A stretch of DNA of 64,000 nucleotides from Bdellovibrionales bacterium (GTDB lineage Bacteria; Bdellovibrionota; Bdellovibrionia; Bdellovibrionales; DASUEL01), in contig JBFWOZ010000014.1 in NCBI GenBank assembly GCA_050250255.1, positions 1 to 64,000 on the forward strand, read 5' to 3'. Shown one piece after another: positions 56,915-64,000 of the stretch; position 1 is the first letter of the stretch; each line of letters begins with the position of its first letter. Under the pieces are notes generated by a model. The model worked only from the letters and a program-made list of their open reading frames with translations, was not told the DNA's origin and made no database searches. The position numbers were made by a program, and so were the translations under genes.

Positions 56915-57117
56915 ATGAGAATAGTGGAAGAAAATGATTTTGAAGGAACTCTCGTTTTAGAAAAGCTCGCGGAAATCGGTAAAGTCGAAGACTTTTTTGA
57001 AGCGATTGACTCTGACGACTTTGAAAAAGCAAAGTCTCTTATGAACGCGCCAGTATCGACTCCGAAACGATTTCGATTGTTCTAAAGAAGATGCAGGATG
57101 CGGATAACGAACATTAA
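56915..57117 (+). pseudogene. Small acidic hypothetical protein with an apparent 1-nt frameshift near 57045
   Basis: Frame 1 reads MRIVEENDFEGTLVLEKLAEIGKVEDFFEAIDSDDFEKAKSLM. Adding one A continues it as KRASIDSETISIVLKKMQDADNEH*. Confidence 0.55.
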
Positions 57118-57173
57118 AAGGTACGGACACACTTTTGGGACGCACCTAGTCCCAAAAGTGTGTCCGTACCTTT
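57117..57173. repeat. Perfect inverted repeat with 25-bp arms and a 7-nt loop (REPIN-like doublet)
   Basis: AAAGGTACGGACACACTTTTGGGAC-GCACCTA-GTCCCAAAAGTGTGTCCGTACCTTT. Confidence 0.9.
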
Positions 57174-57183
57174 AATCAAGAAC

Positions 57184-58344
57184 TCATTTTTTACGCATTT
57201 GAAGTTCCGTGCTAGAGGCGGAAACTTGATATTGGTGCAAACCTTTTAGCGCTCGAATTTTCTCGCTCAATTGGGCCGTCGTTGTCGTTGCATTCAGATC
57301 AAACGTCACTTCTCCGCGAGAGAAATAACGTTCTCTTAAGAGCTTCACCTCAGGAATTTTACTGATCTCGGTTTTCACAGTTTCAAGCTCTTGATAATCC
57401 AAATCACCTTTTAAAACGAGCTTTAAGTAATCAGATCCAAGCGTCCCTTTTTGCCAAACCTCTTGCAACTGTCCCGTGAGCTCTTTCGTAATCTCATTTA
57501 AGACGATGGTAAAATGGCTCTGCAAAGCCCACTCGAGCTTCGTGCCTTTAATATCAAAAGGACGATTGATCTCCGCGATCACCTGACCGTTTGTGGCTTG
57601 CACCGCCTGGATATCGGCCATCACACGAAATGTGTTGGTCTGATTTGGAAGCTGCGAAAAAATCAAACGGCCCGAAAGTAAAATCTGATACTTGAGCAAA
57701 TCTCCTAAGAACACCAAATCTGCCGTGCGGTAACTATCACTCAAATAGGCCGGCGGAATGAGATCTTTTAAATTTCGGGCCGCGGGATCTACAACGTAAA
57801 AACCCCGTTTACCAAATTCGACCTTCAATTCGCTGACAAGACGCTGATGATATTCTTGAAGTAGACTTGAACTATTCGCATCGTTCACCCACCAACGATA
57901 AGATCTGGCATTCACACGGTCTAACAAAAGAATAAAAGGCGCTAAAGAAGGTATTCCCTCTGTTGAAGAAAGAAGATTTTCTTTCAAAAGCACTTGCCGC
58001 AAATCTTTCAAGGAAAGTTTCATGCTGACTACACTTTGAAGTTTTCCGTTCACGTTTTCAAAGGGTGTATTTCTCATCAAAGGAATAAAACGCGCATACT
58101 GAGCTAAAATTCGATTATAAATCGCGCGACGATTGCGTTCATACTTAATATCCCCGAGCATTTCTTTTACATATTGCTCAGAAACTTTCATAGCCGTGCT
58201 TTTATGAAGCTCTTCACGAGAAGGAATCTCGCTCTGTTGATTCACAGTCACCGTTTCATTCACATCGATGACGTTTTGAGCATCAGCCGAAACGCTACAT
58301 AATAATCCGCACAAGAAACTAAAAATGAGAAGAAATGATTTCAT
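57184..58344 (-). CDS. Secreted hypothetical protein (possibly FlgT N-terminal/middle-domain-like)
   Basis: Signal peptide; 386-aa ORF co-oriented 12 bp downstream of dnaE. The fold guess is inference. Confidence 0.7.
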   Translation of the reverse strand: MKSFLLIFSFLCGLLCSVSADAQNVIDVNETVTVNQQSEIPSREELHKSTAMKVSEQYVKEMLGDIKYERNRRAIYNRILAQYARFIPLMRNTPFENVNGKLQSVVSMKLSLKDLRQVLLKENLLSSTEGIPSLAPFILLLDRVNARSYRWWVNDANSSSLLQEYHQRLVSELKVEFGKRGFYVVDPAARNLKDLIPPAYLSDSYRTADLVFLGDLLKYQILLSGRLIFSQLPNQTNTFRVMADIQAVQATNGQVIAEINRPFDIKGTKLEWALQSHFTIVLNEITKELTGQLQEVWQKGTLGSDYLKLVLKGDLDYQELETVKTEISKIPEVKLLRERYFSRGEVTFDLNATTTTAQLSEKIRALKGLHQYQVSASSTELQMRKK

Positions 58345-58356
58345 TTTGCTTTTTCC

Positions 58357-61300
58357 CTACATCCGTAATTCTACAGATTCTAGGCCTTCAAGCAAGGGTT
58401 CTAAGTTCTCAAAAAACTCATGGGACGGTGTGACCCCTGCTGGTTCTTTAATATCAAGGGCAATTTTCTTTTTAAGAGCGTGGAGCTGGACCTCAAGTCC
58501 GACCGGAACTTGTCCTGGGTGTTTCACGCAAATATCACGAAGCTGAGTGAGTCTCTGCACCACTTCCTCTTCGCTATAGTCCTTATCAGCCATCCGAAAA
58601 ATCACTTTTCGAGCCTTCTTCGTCATTTGCTCTAAGGTATAAATCGCATCAACAATGATTTTAGGAGTTTCGTTTTCTTTCTCCATTGTGCCTTCGATTA
58701 CGATCGGTCGTTCCTCTTTTAACAACAACTGAAATTTCGCGTACGCATCAGGGAAAACGACCATCTCCACACTTCCTGTAAGGTCCTCGAGCTGTCCAAA
58801 ACCCATGCGGGTTCCTTTACGAGTGATGACTTCACGGAAGGTCGCCACAAGCCCACCTAAGCGAACTCTTGATTTGTGGGTTAAACCCTTTAGCTCTTTC
58901 ATCTTGCAGGTAATCAGCGGTTTTAAAAGAGAATCAAGGCCCGTTAACGGATGTTCGCTCAAATAAAATCCTAAAACTTCTTTTTCATGCGCTAAACGCT
59001 GAGCTTTCGGCCACTCAGGGACTTCGGGTAGCTCCGCTTTCACTTCCGCAACATCTTCGCTAAGAGAAAATAGACTGACTTGTCCTACTTCGGCGTCGGC
59101 TCTTTGACTTTCTGCCCCTTCGATCATTCTTGGATAACCAGCAAGCACTCGCGCACGTGAATAACCAAAACATTCAAAAGCTCCAGCCTTGATCAAACTT
59201 TCGATCACCTTTTTGTTCACTCGTCGAAGATCAACGCTCGTAAAAAAATCTTCGAGATCTTTAAATTTTTTATCAGGCTTTTGCTCGCGGGCTTCGAGAA
59301 TGGCTTCTACCGCCGATCCTCCAACTCCCTTTACAGCCGCCAAACCAAAAAAGATCGTGTTATCGCCGGCCGCAAACATTCTTTCGGAGAAATTCACATC
59401 TGGAGATTTCACGATGATCCCGTGAGCTTGAGCATCTTTGATGTACTCCACCACTTTGTCGGTATCGGCCATCTCCGTCGAGAGTGTGGCGGCATAAAAC
59501 TCCACCGGATAGTAAGATTTGAGCCACGCCGTTTGAGCCGCGACCACGCAATAAGCCGCCGCGTGGGATTTGTTAAATCCGTACTCGGCAAACTTCGCCA
59601 TCAAATCAAAAAGCTCTTCGGATTTCTTTTTATCAAAACCGTTCTTTGCGGCTCCATCTAAGAAACGACCACGCTGCTGGGCCATTTCGGAGGCAATCTT
59701 TTTCCCCATCGCTCGACGAAGCATATCCGCTTCACCCAGCGAGTAGTTGGCGATTCGGGCTGCAATCAACTGCACCTGTTCTTGATAAACGATAATCCCG
59801 TAAGTCTCTTTGAGAATCTCTTCAAGCTCTTGAAAGACGTAAGTGATTTTTGTTTTTCCGTGTTTACGATCGATGTATTCATCAAGCATCTGCATCGGAC
59901 CCGGACGATAGAGGGCGTTAATGGCCGTAATGTCTTCAAAGCAAGTCGGCTTCACCCGCTGAATCAAATCACTGATTCCATCACCTTCAAACTGGAAAAT
60001 CCCCGCCGTATCTCCCTCGCTCATGATCTCGTAAATTTTCGGATCACTCATTGCGATATTTTTTGTGCTGAGATCTAACCCTTTATTTTTCTTAATGAGC
60101 TTAAAGGCATGTTCAATCAAGGTCAGAGTTTTAAGCCCAAGAAAGTCGAATTTAATAAGACCGATTTTTTCGGCGACCTTCATATCGTACTGAATGATGT
60201 TTTCTTCGCCTTCACCTTTGTAAAGTGGGGCTAATTCCACGAGAGGTTTATCCGAAATCACCACGCCGGCGGCGTGAATACTTGCATGACGATTAAGATT
60301 TTCGATTTTAAGCGCCAGCTCCATAAGAGTTGCGATCTTAGGATCCATATCCATGATCTCTTGGAGTTTTGGTTCTTCTTTCAAAGCACCATCGAGCGTG
60401 ATCCCAAGTTTTTCTGGAATCAATTTCGCAATCACATCCACTTCGGCGAAAGTCATGCCGAGTACGCGACCCACGTCACGAATTGCGGCTTTCGCTTTTA
60501 GTTTTCCGAACGTGATGATTTGCGACACGTTTGCGGAGCCATATTTTTTTGTCACATAGTCGATCACTTCGGGACGACGATCCTGGCAGAAATCCACGTC
60601 AAAGTCTGGCATGGAGATACGTTCTGGATTGAGGAAACGTTCAAAGATCAGGTTATATCTCATCGGATCTAAATCCGTAATCGCGAGCGAATAAGCTACG
60701 AGAGAGCCTGCACCCGAACCACGACCAGGACCCACGGGAATTCCGTGAACCTTCGCCCATCCAATAAAGTCTTGCACGATTAAGAAATACCCACTAAATC
60801 CCATACGATCGATGACAGAAATTTCAAACTTCAAACGGTCATGATATTTGGGCAAATCTTCTTCACGAATAGGTTCATTACGTTCTTTCGCTTCGTCTAT
60901 TCTCTTCTGTAACCCTACTTCGGAAAGCCGAGTGATTTCTTGTAGAAGTGTGACACCCTTTTCCACCGGATACGAAGGTAAGTGGTAAATGGGTTTGCCA
61001 GCTTCATCTTTAAATTTGAATTTTAATTTACAACGTTCCGCAACCTCAACGGTGCGATCGGCCGCTCCTGGAAAGTCTTGGAAAAGGCGGTGCATCTGCT
61101 CGGAGTCTTTAAAATAAAACTGATCACTCCCAAGTTTATAGCGATTTTCATCCTGAAGTGTACGGTTCGATCCAATACAGATCAGTACTTCTTGCGCCAT
61201 CGCTTCGTCATTTTTTAAAAAGTGAACATCATTACTGCAAACTAAAGGAACACCCGTAATCGTCGAAGCTTCCGCTAAGAATTGATTGATTTTTTCCCAC

Positions 61301-61845
61301 TCTGGGCGACCTGTACGGTTGAGTTCTAGATAAAGCCGATCACCAAAGATCCCTTGAAGCTTACGCACTTTTTCTAGAGCTTTTTCTGGACCGTAACGTA
61401 AAAATGTTTTCGGGACCTCACCTTCAAGACCACCGGTGAGTGCTATCAAGTCTTCGTTATATTGAGTTAAAACATCGTAATCGATGCGTGGTTTGTAGTA
61501 AAAACCTTCTTGGAATCCGATCGAGCTCAATTTACACAGCGTCTGGTAGCCCTTTAAACTCTGTGCGAGCAGAACCAGCTTCGTGTTAAACCCCTCTCGA
61601 TCTTCACCTTTGATGAGTCGAGATTTTGGAGCAATGTAAGCATCAAGACCAATGATTGGATTAATATCCGCTTTTTTACATTCATTATAAAAATCAATCG
61701 CCCCGAACATGTTTCCATTGTCCGTAAGTGCCACTGCCGGCTGATCGTATTCTTTTGCTTTTTCCACAATACCAGCAATACGCGTACTCGCTTCAAGAAG
61801 AGAATATTCGGAGTGAACATGAAGATGAACAAAAGGTTTACTCAT
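58357..61845 (-). CDS. dnaE: DNA polymerase III alpha subunit
   Basis: FVHLHVHSEYSLL PHP domain; VGPGRGSGAGSLVAY, RISMPDFDVDF, KFDFLGL and YGFNKSH motifs. Confidence 0.98.
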   Translation of the reverse strand: MSKPFVHLHVHSEYSLLEASTRIAGIVEKAKEYDQPAVALTDNGNMFGAIDFYNECKKADINPIIGLDAYIAPKSRLIKGEDREGFNTKLVLLAQSLKGYQTLCKLSSIGFQEGFYYKPRIDYDVLTQYNEDLIALTGGLEGEVPKTFLRYGPEKALEKVRKLQGIFGDRLYLELNRTGRPEWEKINQFLAEASTITGVPLVCSNDVHFLKNDEAMAQEVLICIGSNRTLQDENRYKLGSDQFYFKDSEQMHRLFQDFPGAADRTVEVAERCKLKFKFKDEAGKPIYHLPSYPVEKGVTLLQEITRLSEVGLQKRIDEAKERNEPIREEDLPKYHDRLKFEISVIDRMGFSGYFLIVQDFIGWAKVHGIPVGPGRGSGAGSLVAYSLAITDLDPMRYNLIFERFLNPERISMPDFDVDFCQDRRPEVIDYVTKKYGSANVSQIITFGKLKAKAAIRDVGRVLGMTFAEVDVIAKLIPEKLGITLDGALKEEPKLQEIMDMDPKIATLMELALKIENLNRHASIHAAGVVISDKPLVELAPLYKGEGEENIIQYDMKVAEKIGLIKFDFLGLKTLTLIEHAFKLIKKNKGLDLSTKNIAMSDPKIYEIMSEGDTAGIFQFEGDGISDLIQRVKPTCFEDITAINALYRPGPMQMLDEYIDRKHGKTKITYVFQELEEILKETYGIIVYQEQVQLIAARIANYSLGEADMLRRAMGKKIASEMAQQRGRFLDGAAKNGFDKKKSEELFDLMAKFAEYGFNKSHAAAYCVVAAQTAWLKSYYPVEFYAATLSTEMADTDKVVEYIKDAQAHGIIVKSPDVNFSERMFAAGDNTIFFGLAAVKGVGGSAVEAILEAREQKPDKKFKDLEDFFTSVDLRRVNKKVIESLIKAGAFECFGYSRARVLAGYPRMIEGAESQRADAEVGQVSLFSLSEDVAEVKAELPEVPEWPKAQRLAHEKEVLGFYLSEHPLTGLDSLLKPLITCKMKELKGLTHKSRVRLGGLVATFREVITRKGTRMGFGQLEDLTGSVEMVVFPDAYAKFQLLLKEERPIVIEGTMEKENETPKIIVDAIYTLEQMTKKARKVIFRMADKDYSEEEVVQRLTQLRDICVKHPGQVPVGLEVQLHALKKKIALDIKEPAGVTPSHEFFENLEPLLEGLESVELRM

Positions 61846-61847
61846 CT

Positions 61848-63410
61848 TTACTCCCACTCAATCGTGCCCGGAGGCTTACTCGTAATATCATACACCACCC
61901 GATTCACCGCTTTGACTTCGTTGGTGATGCAATTAGAAACATGTTTTAAAAATTTCCCATCAAACGGAAACCAATCGGCCGTCATTCCATCCGACGAAGT
62001 CACCGCCCTTAAGGCGATCACTTGCCCGTAGGAACGCGAATCTCCCTGCACCCCCACCGTTCTCACGGGTAACAGTGCACAGAAAGCTTGCCAAATTTTA
62101 TCATAAAGTTTTTCTCGTTTCAGTTCGCGAATAAAAATGGCGTCGCACTCCTGAAGAACCGCCACTCTCTCCGGCGTCACTTCCCCTAAAATACGAACCG
62201 CAAGGCCCGGACCTGGAAAAGGGTGCCGACCTAAAATATCCGAATCAATTTTTAAGTAACGACCGATTTGTCTGACTTCATCTTTGAAAAGTTCGCGAAG
62301 GGGCTCGATCAACTTGAGTTTCATGTCTTTTGGCAGTCCACCCACATTGTGATGGGTCTTAATCGTCACCGAAGTTCCTCGAGGCGAAACACTTTCAATC
62401 ACGTCGGGATAGAGTGTGCCCTGAGCAAGCCACGCCACATCTTCTTTCAACTCTTTGACTTTACGATCAAATACTTCAATAAATGCGTGGCCAATGATTT
62501 TTCTTTTTTGTTCTGGGTCTGTAATGCCTTTTAGTTTTCCTAAAAACTCTTGAGATGCGTCCACCGTCTGTAAATTCAGACCTAATTTTTTGTAAATCGC
62601 TTTCACATCGTTAAATTCATTTTTACGAAGTAAGCCTGTGTCCACAAATACGCATGAGACGCGCTTAGCTCCCAAAGCTTTGGTGAGAAGAACTCCAACG
62701 ACTGTGGAGTCTACTCCGCCACTTAAAGCGCACATAACTTTTTCTTTAGGTCCCACTTGCTGTTTGATTTTCTGAAGAAGCTCTTCGCAGATGGAACCCG
62801 CAGACCAGGAGAAGGAGGCGCGGCACATTGTTTTCGCAAAATACTTTAAAAGCTCCGCACCTGATTCTGTGTGAGCCACCTCAGGATGAAATTGAAAAGC
62901 GAGGACTTGATCATTTTTCATTGCCGCCAAATGTCCGGTTGAAGATTGAGCGAGTCTTTCAAAACCTTTTGGTTCTTTTTCTACCACGTCACCGTGACTC
63001 ATCCATACCGTTTGTTTGGAAGAGCTTTTCTTTTTTGATGTCTTTGATGAAACAGATTTTTGTTTTAAGAGCGACTTTTTCCAAACCACTTGATTGAGAC
63101 CATATTCGCGCACACCGGCTGGGCTGACCTTCCCGCCAAATTCACGTGCGATCATCTGCATTCCATAACAAATGCCCATGACCGGTGCTATGGTGAGAAG
63201 TTCTTTAACCGATCTTAAGGGAGCTTCTTTGTCGTAAACAGAATTAGGTCCACCACTGAGGATGATGCCCGAAGGGTTCATCTTCTTTAATTTTTCATTC
63301 AAAATATCAAAAGGATGAATTTCGCAATACACGCCCATCTCGCGATAGCGACGCGCAATCAACTGCGTATATTGTGAACCAAAATCTAAAATGGCGATTT
63401 GTTCGCGCAT
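61848..63410 (-). CDS. guaA: GMP synthase (glutamine-hydrolysing)
   Basis: LDFGSQYTQLIARR, GICYGMQ, QFHPEV, SGGVDS, RHPFPGPGL and KPPGTIEWE motifs. Confidence 0.98.
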   Translation of the reverse strand: MREQIAILDFGSQYTQLIARRYREMGVYCEIHPFDILNEKLKKMNPSGIILSGGPNSVYDKEAPLRSVKELLTIAPVMGICYGMQMIAREFGGKVSPAGVREYGLNQVVWKKSLLKQKSVSSKTSKKKSSSKQTVWMSHGDVVEKEPKGFERLAQSSTGHLAAMKNDQVLAFQFHPEVAHTESGAELLKYFAKTMCRASFSWSAGSICEELLQKIKQQVGPKEKVMCALSGGVDSTVVGVLLTKALGAKRVSCVFVDTGLLRKNEFNDVKAIYKKLGLNLQTVDASQEFLGKLKGITDPEQKRKIIGHAFIEVFDRKVKELKEDVAWLAQGTLYPDVIESVSPRGTSVTIKTHHNVGGLPKDMKLKLIEPLRELFKDEVRQIGRYLKIDSDILGRHPFPGPGLAVRILGEVTPERVAVLQECDAIFIRELKREKLYDKIWQAFCALLPVRTVGVQGDSRSYGQVIALRAVTSSDGMTADWFPFDGKFLKHVSNCITNEVKAVNRVVYDITSKPPGTIEWE

Positions 63411-63414
63411 GCCC

Positions 63415-64000
<586 letters not shown>

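Overview
A gene-dense bacterial chromosome segment, about 43% GC by eye. It most likely comes from a Bdellovibrionota (predatory Bdellovibrio/Oligoflexia-like) genome, inferred from a TIGR02147-type regulator, many secreted hydrolases and orphan secreted proteins. Housekeeping genes include pntA1/A2/B, fumC, a thiolase, lipB, kup, dnaE, guaA/guaB, tsaC, selU, dus, grxC, bolA, a beta-carbonic anhydrase and tRNA-Val(GAC). The most notable items are: (i) a 1610-aa putatively secreted fusion of an M48 metalloprotease and a divergent ABC1/UbiB-type kinase; (ii) a three-gene exported operon of a di-heme lipoprotein, a small secreted protein and a Tat-exported DUF1501 protein; (iii) a stand-alone RAYT-like Y1 transposase, plus a distant 28-bp palindrome present twice in inverted orientation about 49 kb apart and a related 25-bp-arm REPIN-like doublet; (iv) a PuuD-like membrane protein split from its cytochrome c; (v) many apparently leaderless sigma70 promoters, plus sigma54- and sigma28-like promoters. 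No CRISPR array, prophage or rRNA was seen. Family assignments come from motif recognition, not database searches.
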